This document shows positions 37,585 to 52,370 of a stretch of DNA of 64,000 nucleotides, piece by piece (the stretch's first letter is position 1; each line of letters starts with the position of its first letter). The notes under the pieces are model-generated. The model searched no databases. It was not told the origin of the DNA and saw nothing but the letters and a program-made list of their open reading frames with translations. The stretch is from the NCBI GenBank assembly GCA_030390025.1, contig CM059432.1, positions 91,390,001-91,454,000 on the forward strand. The letters run 5' to 3'. A program made the translations under genes and the position numbers. Origin of the DNA: Squalus acanthias. Lineage: Eukaryota.

Positions 37585-37889
37585 AATTTATAGTTGTTTT
37601 ATTATACATTAAGTGTTCACTTAATAAGCAATTGAACTTATTTGGACACCAATATACACAGAAGGGATGAAGGCAGCCTGATTATGGGGTATGTAATCCT
37701 TGGAATGGGCCAAGGCACAAGGTGCACAAGAAGAAGCAAGTATAGGTGCATCTTATATTTACTTTGACAAAATGTTGGAGACAGTTATTTATTTAGAGTG
37801 AGGATGTCATTGCCATTTTTCCCCAACTGTTAACTGATTTTAGGGCCATTAGGAAAGAGGTTCAGATTGTCTGGTATCATTCCAATTAG

Positions 37890-38308
37890 GTGCATTTACA
37901 TAGCACTTTATCACATCTTAGAAAATTCTCAAATCACTTCACATAGTTCTTTAAAGTGCAATAACTGTTGTTTTGCAGGCAAATGTATCGGGAACTTTGT
38001 ACACGGCAGAATCCTACAAATGTCAATGAGATGAATAACTAATTAATCTAGCTATGGAATGATGAATGAGATATGATGGCCAGAGCAAACCCTTCTCTTC
38101 AGAGTGCAATGGGATCTTTAACGTCTACCTAAATAGGCAGACAGGATCTCAATTTAACATATAATGTGAAGCATAGCAGTTCTGATAGTGCAACACTTCT
38201 TCAGCACTGCTTTGGATCATCAACGTAAATTCTGTGCTCAATTCCTAGACTGGGACTTAAACCCGTAACATTCTGACTCAGCAACAAGAGTGCAGTGAAC
38301 TGAGACAA
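37890..38308 (-). mobile_element. Decayed DeuSINE (SacSINE1-like)
   Basis: tRNA-like head, Deu-domain-like gttaaattgagatcctgtctgcc..gacgttaaagatccca, L2-type tail. A further fragment lies at about 55962-56070. Confidence 0.6.
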
Positions 38309-40935
38309 GTTGATATACATACATTAACCTTTTAGATTGGCATATATACAATGAGCATTTTATATGCACATAAATTTAATGGTTGGAAAGGGCTGTTGCA
38401 TTGTCCACAGCGTGGGATGCATTTTCTTGCTAAAAGCAAGCACTCTCCCAGCTTGCAAGCGATAGAATATCGCACCCAGCGCATGGGAATTGGATTTAAA
38501 GGATAGTTATGGTCAACCATGTGTAGTACTGTAGTGTGCTCAGTGCCATGGCTTCTCTAGTATAACGGGGATTGGAATAAGATAAATGTTTGTAGTCAAA
38601 ATGGGAATGGGTTCTTATGCATCCAGGAGCACTTTCTTAATCAGTGTGTTGCATGTCCAACAAGCAAGGACAAAGTACTAAATCTGATCTGGATCATGAA
38701 ATAAAGTGGCGTGAAGGTAGGAGAATATGTCCGCTTTCCCCAAACAAGGCCATCAACGCAGGAGGGGGCAGGTCCAGGGGCTCCTTGGGACTTCCCAATT
38801 TCCCACCCCTAAAAAGGGACCTAACATTTCATTGCTGTACCAGCCCACCAAACAATGGATGCGGGGTCCAGGTCATGATCCCAAATAGAAACCAATTAAA
38901 AAAAAAAATGTGACCTCATTAAAATAGGGCAGTCTCCTTGGTCTAGCAATTTACAATAGTGGGTGTTGTAGATGCAGCCATTTTATAAGGGTGCCTGCCA
39001 CCGGCATGTAAAATGGGACCAATCCTTGATCGCACAAACTTCAGCAGGGTAAATAGCAGAGATCCCAGGTGGAGCACTTGGTACTCACACCAGAATCTGT
39101 CACCCTTGCAGATTTTCAGAATCCTTATGTTCTGGTACTGGACTTCTATACTAGGGCTCTGAGATTCCTCAGTTTGCAATCCGTGTGAGGGCACTTTATT
39201 TAGAAGGGATAGGTGGGCTCAGGTGCCACTTCTGCCACATCTCCAGCATCCATCTGCCCAAGAAAGGTAACTCTAGTGCGTGACCATCCTGGGGGTTGCC
39301 CAGGTCCCCATCCCAGCCATGGTTCCCTCAGCACCCTGAGCAAGGGCACTAATCTGTAAGAGATTTTTTATAAATCTCATCTTTGGAGGTCCAGGCCAGT
39401 TGTCTGTACCTCACTGGTGGGGCCCACTTTCACACTTGTAGAAACCAGTACAGCATCACACTCAGTGTACCGAACTCCATTGATGTGCTACAACCCCGTC
39501 CAACCTAAGGAGCAAGAACTCCCAGGGTAAGAAATCCCTGCCCTGACTCCACCCACTGGCTGTCATTTATAAAAAGAGATAGACGGAGGTACTGCCCTTT
39601 AAAAGGAAACTAGCAAACTCCTGGAATCAGCAGAGACCAGGACTCTGCCATTTTCCTGCTGGAGGTATGGCTGAAGATCAGCAAAACCTATGAGGAATTT
39701 TGGGACATAGATGTTTATCAGTAAGCATGTTTTAAAATTTTATAGTATGGTGCTTACATATGACTTTCTGGCAAATTGAAAGCCTGTAAAGTTAATAAAC
39801 CATACATAATGATGAGCTGTGGGATACAATTTATATCCCATGATTGGGTTGGCCAAATGCAAAATTGAGTGTTATGGTCACAAATGTAAGTGATTATAGA
39901 TTGAGAAGCATAGCTCATCATATTTTCTATTTCTGCCACATAAGTAATTAAAATGATAATGTTAAATGCAAATATTAAACACTTTGATTTGATGTCACTA
40001 CAAAATGCTTTTGGCAAAGTACAGTCTGTTTTCCATTATGATGTCACCTCTGCGAAACATAAATATTTCTTAGAAGTGCCATCACTATCTAAATTATAAA
40101 GTTACTTATTGATTTGTAACGTTCCCACAGAGAATTGTTGGCACATTGTATCATTAGTTCTAGCAATATGTTTTGATTTCAAATACTGAATGTAAAGGCA
40201 CTTAAAAGTCCTTTTAAGTCCACTCAAAGTGGGCAACCCTGCCGATTTCTCACTTACCTCGGCTGAAGTGTCCTTCAGGGATATAAAATACACCGACCAT
40301 TATTGCTACAAGTGCTCCAAACTTGAATAACCAGAAGCTTTGAAAAGAGAATGTTAATGGCACCATAAGTCTTAAATTTCTCTATATCTACTGTATTCCT
40401 TCTTATGCAATCCTGAAAGATTTTATCTATGCTTTATAATTTAATTTCATTCTAAAAAAAATCAAAGAAACCATTGTGTTACTTTAAAGACAATTGCAAT
40501 TTAAAGACAATTGCAATTTACATGTATTTTAATTTTATACAGAATTAATTTGATTTAATATTAAGAGTTGCTTGGTATCCATAAGAGTAAAGGATGAATA
40601 ACTACTGATGGATAATAAAACAGTTTTAAAATACAATCATTTAAAGTCTGATATACTTCATATTGTCTTGAAGAAAGTAAGCTTTAATAAAATGCAGTAC
40701 AGGCTGATTTTTACCAATTCCACTCCTGGAAGAGCGCCTCATCCTCCATGAGCTCATATCAAGAATTGCAATTTCCAGTATGTGCTACAAGCAGGCAAGG
40801 GTCTCTGTCAAGAGCATGATTTTGTAAACTTGGTCCTTATAATTAAAAGTATATTGTTTTTAAGACGCATGCAATGATTATAAACTCGTTTCTGCCACAG
40901 AATTTCTTTCAAAAACAATTTACAAAAAAACTTAC

Positions 40936-41126
40936 CCGTTGTGTATTAGGGCCCTGGGATCTTTGCTATTTCTCACATTGATCATAAGCAGAGCTAACAG
41001 CAGAAAGAAAGTGGCCATTCCAAAGCAGATACGATACACAGACTTGTAACCAACCAACACTCTGCAGATCACAGGGTTAACTTCAGTGAACTGTGCATTA
41101 TATCCGAACTCGCAGAATCCTGGAAT
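40936..41126 (-). CDS. SERINC: SERINC coding exon, equivalent to exon 3
   Basis: 191-nt exon between ttttAG and GTaag, in phase with the previous exon: [63 protein letters not shown](G). Not in the ORF track. Confidence 0.95.
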
Positions 41127-43139
41127 CTAAAAGGCAATTTCTTAGAGTTGCTATTTGTTTCACAAGAACCAACATTTGTAATCAAGGAAGAAATGTTAAG
41201 AAATATATGTGTTTAAAGAAAGAAATAGCACATATCATATCCTCAGAACGTCTGGAGTACATGCGTCGCACATTTATTCAAAGTGCAGTACTTTACACTT
41301 GTATGCATTACATTTTATTGCCTTTACTGCCCACATCCATATAGGCCTGAAAACCTGCTGGATCTCTGTCCAGGCAGAAATGCAAGGATGAACCTTCTTG
41401 TGACCTCTGGCACTGATCCCAAAATTTGCCGGGTCAGGCGGTCACCTAATTTGATTAACACAGACAGGAGCCCTGGCACTAGAGACACATCTTCTGACGA
41501 GTGCCCAACAAGTGGCTGTAAGCCCGTTCCAGGGAAAGCAGCAGGGGCCTCTTTCAGATAGATGCCCAGACTGTCTCTTCAGCTGAATTTATAAGATGAT
41601 GAAAAATCTTTAAATTTATTACCTTTTCAGGGGTCCAGACCATAATCCAAGCTTGAAACCCTGCCACCCCCACACGAATCACCCAGGTAAGACCCACATC
41701 TGCCAGATAGTGGGCCAGTATGTCTGGTCTGTCTTAATGTACCAGCCCACCACTCTTCTGCCAGACTGGGGATGAGGAGATTCCAAAGATAACACGGCAG
41801 CAAAAGTCTGCTAGGAGAGACTGTAGGACAGAATGCAGAGGAGCTATTTTGTTTAAGTAAAGTCAGATGATCCACCAAAGTGGGATAATGTTGCAAATTC
41901 ATTTTTTTTTATACCTTTATATGAAGCTAAGTTGTAGCAATGAAACTAAGGAATTTAATCATAACTATTGCCTTACTGTGGAATAAAGCACCTTAAATGA
42001 TTTAAACTAAGCTTCACCTCATCTAGTTTATTTCATTCTGCCTTTGGAGAGATTGAAGAAGTACATGTGGGAAAGAAACAGAAATCTGGTCCGGATTGAA
42101 AGGGAATTTTGTTGTTCTACTCCCAGGTTCCGCTACTATACAAGTAGATATAGGACAGTGCAAGTCGACTCCCAAAGATCAAGGGCTTGCGCTTCTGTTA
42201 GGTTGGACTAGTATTTCCAGCGCAATTAGCCCCAACTCAGCCAAACTAGTGCAAAAGATCGAGGAATTTCAAGCGCAAATTAAATCCAATGCAAATCGGG
42301 TTTCCGTGATCTTTAATTACGCCCGTTTGCGTGCCTTTGAAGAGGCTCTTAAAATTAAGCTTTTTTTTTTAGGCACAAGGGCACTAATCAGTACATTTTA
42401 AAACTTAAATATTTTTTTAATTTACTAAAAAACTGATTACTGTACACCAATGTAACTAGTAAATGGTTCTGTATAGTTTTTAAAAGTCATTTTCAGTTAT
42501 TTAAAATCAGGTGGTGGCCTAGACACTCTGAATAAAAATGCTTATTTTATGTGATAAACCCATTTTGAACTGTATTACGAAAACTGCACCAGGTTACCAC
42601 TCTTAAATAGATCAAGGAATATTTTTAATGCAAATGTTTGTCTTTTAAAATTACATTCCAAAACACTACCCGATTGCTCTGGTTCATGGAAGATTTACGT
42701 CGGTGATACGCAAATGAGTTTGAGGGGAAACTTGAGCAAAAAATTCACTTTGCAAAACTTGCGCAATTTTGAGCGCAATTTACGCCCAGATCGCCGATTA
42801 TGCCCACAGTGGAAACTCTTGGCCAAAGTGCACAGACCGCTTACGGTAGCGAATTACATCACTGAACGTATTTATGGCAGACTCAAATTCCTATCACCTT
42901 CTTTAGGGTGGGTGGAGGCTCCACACCAGACAAGGCCCCATGGAAACTACAAGGGAAGGCTGTGACCCAGCGTATCTAGGTGCTGACCTAATTTATGGCC
43001 CATTGCTGCACTTCTGTTGGACTTACAGCAGTAGGCTATGGAGAAAGAGCGGGGGAGTAGGACTAAAGGATAGCTCTTTCAAAGAGCTGGCACAGGCACG
43101 ATGAATCAAATGGCCGCCTTCTATGCTGTATGATTCTAT

Positions 43140-43827
43140 GGGGGAAAAATTCGGTTGCTTTGTGCCTCCCGTTAGCTCCCTAAAAGGGTGCTAATGGGGG
43201 CGCAAAGCAACTAGCGCCCAGTCGCAGCGCCGCCAACGCCTCGCGCGAAATTCAGCAGGAGGTTAGTGGCGGCGGTAACCGTTAGCGCCCCATGGCGCTG
43301 CGTCGCTGGTGATGATGTCATCGCTGTGCACAGCGCCCCGCTCACGATCTTCGATAGCACCCCCGACTTACCACCGGACGCCATGTCCGACGGGGTCAGG
43401 GGGGCCTACCTGCAGCCGGGGCGGGGCTATTTAAAGGCGAGGTGCCTGCCAGCACCTGCCTCAGCTGTCATCCCCGGCCTCCTGACCCACCCCCTCCCCG
43501 CGGAGTGCCAGCTGCACTCCATGAGCCCAGCACTTCGAGTGCCGGGCTCTTTTGCCGGCACTCCGATCCCCGGTGGCCCAGCTGGACCCCAGGTCACGCT
43601 ACGCAAGGCCCCTCCCCTTTAAGAAGGGGAGGAAGGCCTGCAATACTGCGGCGGGACATGTCGCGCCGCAATATTCCCTCGCAGCGCCCCAAGAGGGAGG
43701 CGGGGTACTTCCAGTAGCACCCCGCTTCCCTCCTGGGGCGCTACCACTCAATTTCGGCCGCGGGAGCTCAAAGTAGCACCCCGACGAAGTTAGCGCCCCT
43801 AAGGGGGCGCGACTCAATTTTTCCCCC
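43140..43827 (+). mobile_element. Harbinger MITE related to H1 (copy 2)
   Basis: Perfect 12-bp TIR GGGGGAAAAATT and 3-bp TSD TAT, inserted in a (tatgattc) CR1 tail. Confidence 0.9.
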
Positions 43828-44419
43828 TATGATTCTACGAATGCGCAAGAAATGCAACGAAATTTGAGCCCCAGTTTTTCCAACTCACTGGGGGTCAAAT
43901 CGATAAGGCCTGAAAATGAGTGCAGGGGTCATGATGTGCGATCCTTCCGTGCCCGTTGAAAGCAATGCAGGTAGCACGTGAAATTCGTACTGCCTGCTAA
44001 TTAACATGATTGAAGAGCTGAGCCCAGCGCTGAACACACTGCTGGTTGGCTCAGCGCTCAGCAGGGGGCCCAATTTTGTGGGAAGTGTGATCTCTATTTA
44101 AAGGTTGCCTGCAGTGTGAAACGCAGTCTGCACTTCTTAAAGGGGAGGTGCTTTCTGAAAGAAGCACCTCATTGTTAGTGTAGCAAAGGAAAGTGGTACC
44201 TATGTCTCAACAGGGCAGAGAAAGGGTACCTCGGTTCTCCGACGCAGCACTGGAGGCCTTAGTGCAGGGGATCGAAATGCCCTCCAGACTGACTAAGAAG
44301 GCAGTGGGAGCAGAGTGCTGAAGTAGTCAGTGCCACCAGTCCTTCCCCAGGGCCTGGATTCAGTGCCGCAAGTAGTTCAATGACCTCACGAGTAGTCAAA
44401 GTCAGTGAATTCATCTTTA

Positions 44420-47400
44420 CATAGGATATACGGCACAGAAACAGGCCATTCGGCCCAACAAGTCCATGGCATTTATGCTCCACACGAGCCTCCTCCCATC
44501 TTTCCTCATCTAAATCTATCAGCATAACCTTCTATTCTCTTCTCCCTCATATGCTTGTCTAGCCTCCCCTTGAATGCATCTATACTATTCACTTCAACCA
44601 CTCCCTGTGGTAGCGAGTTCCACATTCTCACCACTCTTGGGTAAAGAAGTTTCTTCTGAATTCCCTATTCGATTTCTTGGTGACTATCTTATATTGATGG
44701 CCTCCAGTTATGCTCTTCCCCACAAGTGGAAACATTCTCTCTGTATCCACTCTATCAAAATCTTTCATAATTTTAAAGACCTCTATTAGGTCATCCCTCA
44801 GCCTTCTTTTTGCAAGAGAAAAGAGACCCAGCCTGTTCATCCTTTCCTGATATGTATACCCTCGCATTTCTGGTATCATCCTTGTAAATCTTCGCTGCAC
44901 CCTCTCCAGTGCCTCTATATCCTTTTTATAATATGTCGACCAGAACTGTACACAGTACTTGCAAGTGTGGTCTAACCAAGGTTCGATACAGGTTTAGCAT
45001 AACTTCCCTACTTTTCAATTCTATCCCTCTAGAAATAAACCCTAGTGCTTGGTTTTCTTTTTTTTTTAAATGGCCTTGCTAACCTATGTCTCAACTTTTA
45101 GTGATTTGTGTATTTGTACTCCTAGATCCCTTTGTTCCTCTACCCCACCTAGACTCGCACCTTCCAAGTGATGTGACATCCCTATTCTTCCTACCAAAAT
45201 GTAATACCTCTGTGTTGAACTTCATTTGCCAATTATATGCCCTCCTCCTCAGTATTGACCTTGCCCCCCCAATTTGATGTTATCCGCAAATTTAGAAATT
45301 GTGTTTTTGATTCCCAAGTCTAAATCGTTAACGTAAATTGTGGACAGCAGTGGTCCTAGCACTGATCCTTGTGGAACACCACTACCCACCTTCTGCCACT
45401 GTGAATAGCTACCCTTTACTCCTACTCTTTGCTTTCTGTCCTGAAGCCAACCAGTAATCCATTCTGCTACTTGTCCCCTGACTGCATTCTCTGACCTTGT
45501 TCATCCGTCTATTATGGGGGTACCTTATTGAAGGCCTTTTGAAAATCCAGATAAATTACATCTACTGCATTACCATTGTCTACTCTCTCTGTTACCTCTT
45601 CAAAAAATTCAATAAGGTTGGTCAAGCTAGACTTTCCCTTTTGAAATCCATGTTGACTATTCATTATTATATTTTTGGTTTCTAGATGTTCTTCTATTTT
45701 CTCCTTTAGTAGGGATTCCATTATTTTTCCTACCACCGATATTAAGCTGACTGGTCTATAATTCCCTGGACATGTTCTATCCCCCTTCTTAAATATCAGT
45801 ATTACGTTAGCTATCCGCCAGTCCTCTGGCACTATACCTTTTTCTAACAAACTATTAAATATGCATAGTAATGCCTCTGCTATCTCTTCCCTAGATTCTT
45901 TTAAAATGCATGGATGCAATCCATCTGGACCAGGGGTTTTATCCTCTGAGTTTGATTAATTTATTTAATATATCCCCTTTTTAATTTTAAATGCACTTAT
46001 CTCATTACTAATCTCATCATCCAATGTCATGTCCACCTGTTCTACCTCCCTGGTAAATACTGAAGTAAAATAATTATTTAATATTTCTGCCATCTCTCTA
46101 TCATCACCTGTGGTATTATCCTGACTATCTCTTAATGGCCCTATTCCCATCCCAACCTTCCTTTATTTACTGATGTGCCTATAAAATATTTTACTATTTT
46201 GTTTTATGTTCCTTGATAATTTCATAGTTCCTCTTTGCCTCCCTAATTGTTTTTTTGACTTCTCTCCTAATCTTTTCGTATTCTCCCTTATCATGCACTC
46301 ATAAGAACATAAGAACATAAGAAATAGGAGCAGGAGTAGACCAATCAGCCCCTCGAGCCTGCTCCGCCATTCAATGAGATCATGGCTGATCTGATCCAAC
46401 CTCAACTCTAAAGAACACAAGAAGTAGGAGCAGGACCAGGCCACCCACAGGGCCTTGACCGATCCGAATTCAAACTCATGTCCAATTTCCAGCCCGCTCC
46501 CCGTAACCCCTAATTCCCTTTACTTCTAGGAAACGGTCTATTTCTGTTTTAAATTTATTTAATGAAGTAGCTTCCACAGCTTCCTGGGGTAGCAAATTCC
46601 ACAGACCCACTACCCTCTGAGTGAAAAAGTTTCTCCTCATCTCAGTTTTGAAAGAGCAGCCCCTTATTCTAAGATTATGTCCCCTAGTTCTAGTTTCACC
46701 CATCATTGGGAACATCCTCACCGCATCCACCCGATCAAACCCCTTCACAATCTTATATGTTTCAATAAGATCGCCTCTCATTCTTCTGAACTCCAATGAG
46801 TAGAGTCCCAATCTACTCAACCTCTCCTCGTATGTCCACCCCCTCATCCCCGGAATTAACCGAGTGAACCTTCTTTGTACTGCCTCGAGAGCAAGTATGT
46901 ATTTTCTTAAGTATGGACACCAAAACTGTATGCAGTACTCCAGGTGCGGTCTCACCAATACCCTATACAACTGCAGCAATACCTCCCTGTTTTTATATTC
47001 TATCCCCCTAGCAATAAAAGCCAACATTCCATTGGCTTTCTTGATCACCTGCTGCACCTGCATACTAACTTTTTGACTTTCTTGCACCAAGACCCCCAGA
47101 TCCCTTTGTACTGCAGTACTTTCCAGTTTCTCACCATTAAGATAATAACCTGCTCTCTGATTTTTCCTGCCAAGTGCATAACCTCACATTTTCCAATATT
47201 GTATTGCATCTGCCAAATCTCTGCCCACTCACCCAGCCTGTCTATATCCCCTTGTAGGTTTTTTATGTCCTCCTCACTCTCTACTTTCCCTCCCATCTTT
47301 GTATCATCTGCAAACTTTGATATGTTACACTCGGTCCCCTCCTCCAAATCGTTAATATAGATTGTAAAGAGTTGGGTACCCAGCACCGACCCCTGCGGAA

Positions 47401-50310
47401 CACCACTGGCTACTGGTTGCCAGTCCGAGAATGAACCATTTATCCCAACTCTCTGCTTCCTGTTAGATAACCAATCCTCCACCCATGCCAGAATATTACC
47501 CCCAATCCAGTGATTTTTTATCTTGAGTAATAATCTTTTATGTGGCACCTTGTCGAATGCCTTCTGGAAGTCTAAATACACTACATCCACTGGTTCCCCT
47601 TTATCCACCCTGTACGTTATGTCCTCAAAGAACTCGAGCAAATTTGTCAGACATGACTTCCCCTTCATAAAGCCATGCTGACTTTGTCCTATTAAATTAT
47701 GTTTATCTAAATGTTCCGTTGCTGTCTCCTTAATAATAGACTCCAAAATTTTACCCACCACAGATGTTAGGCTAACTGGTCTATAATTTCCAACCTTCTG
47801 CCTACTACCCTTTTTAAATAAGGGTGTTACATTAGCAGTTTTCCAATCTGCCGGGACCTTTGCTGAGTTCAGGGAGTTTTGGAAAATTATTACCAAAGCA
47901 TCCACAATTCCTACTGCCACTTCCCTCAAGACCCTAGGATGTAAGCTATCAGGTCCAGGGGATTTATCCGCCTTGAGTCCCATTATTTTACTGAGTACCA
48001 ATTCCTTAGTGATTTTAATCGTATTTAGCTCCTCCCCCACTAGAGCCCCCTGTTTGTCCAGTGTTGGGATATTCTTAGTGTCCTCTACCGTAAAGACTGA
48101 AACAAAATATTTGTTCAGCATTTTTGCCATCTCCATGTTTCCCACCATTAATTTCCCGGTCTCATCCTCTAAGGGACCTACGTTTGCCTTAACCACCCTT
48201 TTTCTTTTTATATAACTATAGAAACTCTTGCTATCTGTTTTTATATTTTTTGCTAATTTATTTTCATAGTCTATTTTCCCTTTCTTAATCAATCCTTTAG
48301 TTACTTTTTGTTGTCTTTTGAAGACTTCCCAATCTTCTATCCTCCCACTAACTTTGGCTACCTTATATGTCCTTGTTTTTAGTTGGATACTTTCTTTAAT
48401 TTCTTTACTTAGCCATGGATGGCTGTCATTTCTTTTACACCCTTTTTTCCTCAGTGGAATATATTTATTTTGAAAGTTGTAAAATAACTCCTTGAATGAA
48501 CACCACTGCTCATGTACCGTCTTACCCTTTAATCTATTTTCCCAGTCCACTTTAATCAATTCTGCTCTCATACCATCATAGTCTTCTTTCTTCAAGCTCA
48601 GTATGCTTGTTTGAGAACCAACCTTCTCACCCTCTAATTGGATATGGAATTCAACCATGTTATGGTCACTCATTCCAAGGGGATCCTTAACTAGGACATT
48701 ATTAATTAGTCCTGACTCATTACACAGTACCAGGTCCAAGGTTGCTTGCCCCCTTGTAGGATCAGTTACATACTGCTCAAGAAATCCATCCCTAAGACAC
48801 TCAATAAACTCTTCCTCAAGGCTGCCCTGCCCAATTTGATTTGTCCAGTTAATAGGATAGTTAAAATCCCCCATAATTATAGCTGTTCCCTTATTACATG
48901 CCCCAACTATTTCCTGATTAATACTTCTTCCAACAGAGTTGCAACTATTAGGAGGCCTATATACTACGCCCACCAGTGTTTTTTTCCCCTTATTATTCCT
49001 TATCTCTACCCAAACTGTTTCATTATCCTGATCTTTTGACCCAATATCATTTCTCTGTATTACAGTGATTCCTTCCTTTATTAACATAGCCACCCCCCCT
49101 CCCCTTCCTTCCTGCCTGGCCTTCCTGATTGTTAAATACCCTGGCATATTTAATTCCCAGACGTTGTCACCCTGCAGCCATGTTTCTGTAATGGCCACAA
49201 GATCATACCCATACATAGTTATTTGTGCCGTTAACTCGTCCATTTTGTTACGAATGCTACGTGCATTCAGATAAAGAACTTTCAAATGTGTTTTGCGACA
49301 CTTACTTCCTGCTTTTTCCTTATTTAACACTTTACCTTTTACTCCATGCTTTCCTCTGTCTCCCTGCTCAGGTTCCCAACCCCCTGCCACATTAGTTTAA
49401 ATCCTCCCCAACAGCACTAGCAAACACTCCCCCTAGGACAGCGGTCCCGGCCCCTTCTGTCTTTGTATGTAATATATGCCTCTTTCCTTACCCTCAATTG
49501 TTCCCTTATGGCTTTATTCATCCATGGAGTCTCATTATTGTTTAGTTTGTTCTTTCCTTTTAGCAGAATATATTTTTCCTGCACTCTGTTGAACACTGTT
49601 TTAAATGTTTCCCATTGCTATTCTACATCGTTGTTTGCTAATATTGTTGACAATTTCCCCCCCCCCAAGTTCTATTCTCAGCCCTTCAAAATCAGCTTTT
49701 CTCCAATCTATTAACCTGGTTTTCATCATACTTATATCCTTCTCAATTATCATCTTAAAGCATATTATATTATAGTCACTATTGCCTATATGTTCCCCTA
49801 CCTTTACTTCTCTTATCTGCTCTGGCTCATTTCCCATTACTAGATCCAATAGCGAATCCTCCCTTGTTGGGCTTTTTACATGTTGGGTTAGGAAGGAGTC
49901 CTGTACACATTGTAGGAACTCCATTCCCTTATCCCCTTTACCTACCTACTTCTTCTGTCCAATTAATATCTGGGTAGTTGAAATCCCCCCTGATTATTAT
50001 TCTATGTTTTTTACTCATTTCCCTAATTGGTCTGCATATTTCTTCCTCCACCTCCCTTCCACTATTAGGTGGTCTGTAGTCTACATCTATTAGTGTGATT
50101 GATCCTTTATTATCTTTTATCTCTATCCATATGGATTCTATTTTTGTCTTACTGATATCTTCGTCACTTTTTTCTACTGCCATTATGTTATCCCTATTAA
50201 GTACAGCTACTCCACCTCCACCTTTTCCCTCCCTATCTTTTCTCAATATGTTATACCCTGCAATGTTTAATTCCCAGTCCTGATTTTTCTGCAGCCAAGC
50301 CTCAGTAATC
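44420..50310 (-). mobile_element. Older CR1 (44420-46300 and 49455-50310) in intron 1 of the H4 Myb gene
   Basis: APE fragments at 49601-50246, RT at 45512-45919, C-terminus at 44628-44900. Confidence 0.85.
46301..49452 (-). mobile_element. Young CR1 with near-intact ORF2 (APE plus RT), one frameshift near 47171
   Basis: 781-aa ORF 47045-49390 ([31 protein letters not shown]) continued by ORF 46476-47090; duplicated 3' UTR. Confidence 0.95.
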
Positions 50311-52370
50311 CCTTCTCAGTAATCTTCAAAATGCCATATACCACTATCTGCACCACTAGCCTCACACACGGCTCAATGCACCACACCCCCATCACTCACT
50401 TACAAACAATCTCTAGCAATCACGACCCATACCTCACAATCATAGCTTCACCTCACCCTCACACATTTACCACTGCTGCAAGCCTCACACCCACATCTCA
50501 CAGCTTGCACACAATGCCAGCTATTCAAACATGACAGGCACATCACCCACACACATTGCACCACACTCACCGACACACTTCCCTTTCTCTTGCAGGCCAA
50601 AGTGGTGCATAACCGGCACCGACAGCAGCAGACAGGTGGGGCCAAGCATGGCTGCAGAACCTGACTCAGCTGGAGGGCCATCACTGAGGCCATGGCAATC
50701 GGAGAGGTTGAAAGCATTGCTGATGACAGTATGCTCATACCTAATCCTTCTTCTCACCTCCCACAATCACTTCTCACTTACAAGCTGCTGATGGTGTAAA
50801 CATGTACATCGTGCTTTATCCCTGCTCCCCTCACCACAACCCTACCCTTGTGCCTTTCTCCTTACAGATACTTAAGAACTCCAACCAGCCCATCCTGTGC
50901 AGGAAGAACAAGAGGAGTGATAGAGAAGAGACACCCTCACTCGATCTGACACTCGCAGGCACCAGCTCAGAAAATGGCACTGCGCGCACTTTAGATAGCA
51001 TAGAGGCGGGATCTGCACGTGGTGAGTCACCAGGCACGAGTGGACTGCAGCAAGGGCAGGCAGAAAGGGTAGCGCAGGTGCCAGCTCCCCAGAGAGCAAA
51101 GTCACACACGAGTTCCGCTGCAGAGGACACAGATGAGGACTTCGATGGGGCGGCCTTCAGGAGACAGATGATGGGGATGGACACTGAAATGCTTGGTGCA
51201 TTGGCAGGTCTGCCAGAGAGTCTGTTGTCACTGTCAAGGAGTATGGAGGAGTGCGGCTCCAACCTTGCACAGGGCTTTGCGTAGACCTTGAAGCCCATGA
51301 TTTCCAGGATTGACGTGATGGGCAGCTCGATTCGAGCACTTGTGGACCCAACCATGATGCTGGGTCTGATGGGCGATGTCGCAGCTTCCATTGAAGCACA
51401 AGTGGAAGTGATCCAACGTCTGAATACTGCAGTGGAAGCTCAGACTTCTGTCATGCAGGCTCAGCTCGCTGCCACGCAAGATCAGACTGCTGCCATCGTG
51501 GCTCTGTTTACCAGTGTTGAAAGGGGCTTGCAAGGCTTCACAGCAGTCCAGCAATCTGTGCTCCAATAGATTACGACAGCGCCGCCCCTGGGGCGTGACA
51601 GTGGCTCCGTGGAGCACGAACTTGCTGTCCTCTCTCAGGATGACTGCATTCCTGCTCCCACCACTGCCACTCCACCACTACCTTTGCTGTTGCCTGTCAA
51701 CCAGCCAGCCCAGACTGCTGCCGTCCATGCCGAATGGTGCAGTCTACAGCAGGGCATTTTAGGCCCAGAACTGCACGAGTTCATCCTGCAAGGTCATCTG
51801 CAGTCTTGCCCACTGAAAGTCAGCAGCCTACCACCCAAGGCATGCTGCATCCACTGGAGTAGCACTTTGTAGGAGCAATAGGATAGGCAAAGGCACACGA
51901 AAGACAGGCACTAAGGGAATGCGCAAGGGTGATTAGTTGACTTTGTTATGTAGCGTTGGAATTAATCATTTATAAATAATGTTTGGAATGTCAGTTTTGT
52001 GGTGGCTTTCATTTCAGCATTGTGATCAAGAGGACACTGTGATGTTCCATGACAGAGGGATGGAAAGGTGGGTACGTGTTGAGCAACGGGTTCTGGGGTT
52101 TCATTCAGGGGAACCTGAGTCTGATGATGCGCTCATGAACAGCCCGTCCAGAACAGGGATTTGCAGGTTGCCTCCTCCCTTCCTCCTCCAGAGGTGGTCA
52201 TGGATCCCGTGGTGACAAGGGCTGCGCCCTCATGATGGCCAAGCTGTGGAGGATGCAGCAGACCACCACGAATTGGGACACCTGCTCCGGCAAGTATGCG
52301 AGGGCTCCTCCTGAGCGGTCAAGGCAGTGGAACCGTTGCTTGAGCACCCTGATAGTCTGCTTGGTAACGT

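Noticed and set aside
42090..42825. Further MITE-like region (also about 62495-63400)
   Set aside because: GC-rich arms around an AT-rich core are suggestive, but I could not pair the TIRs or find a TSD.
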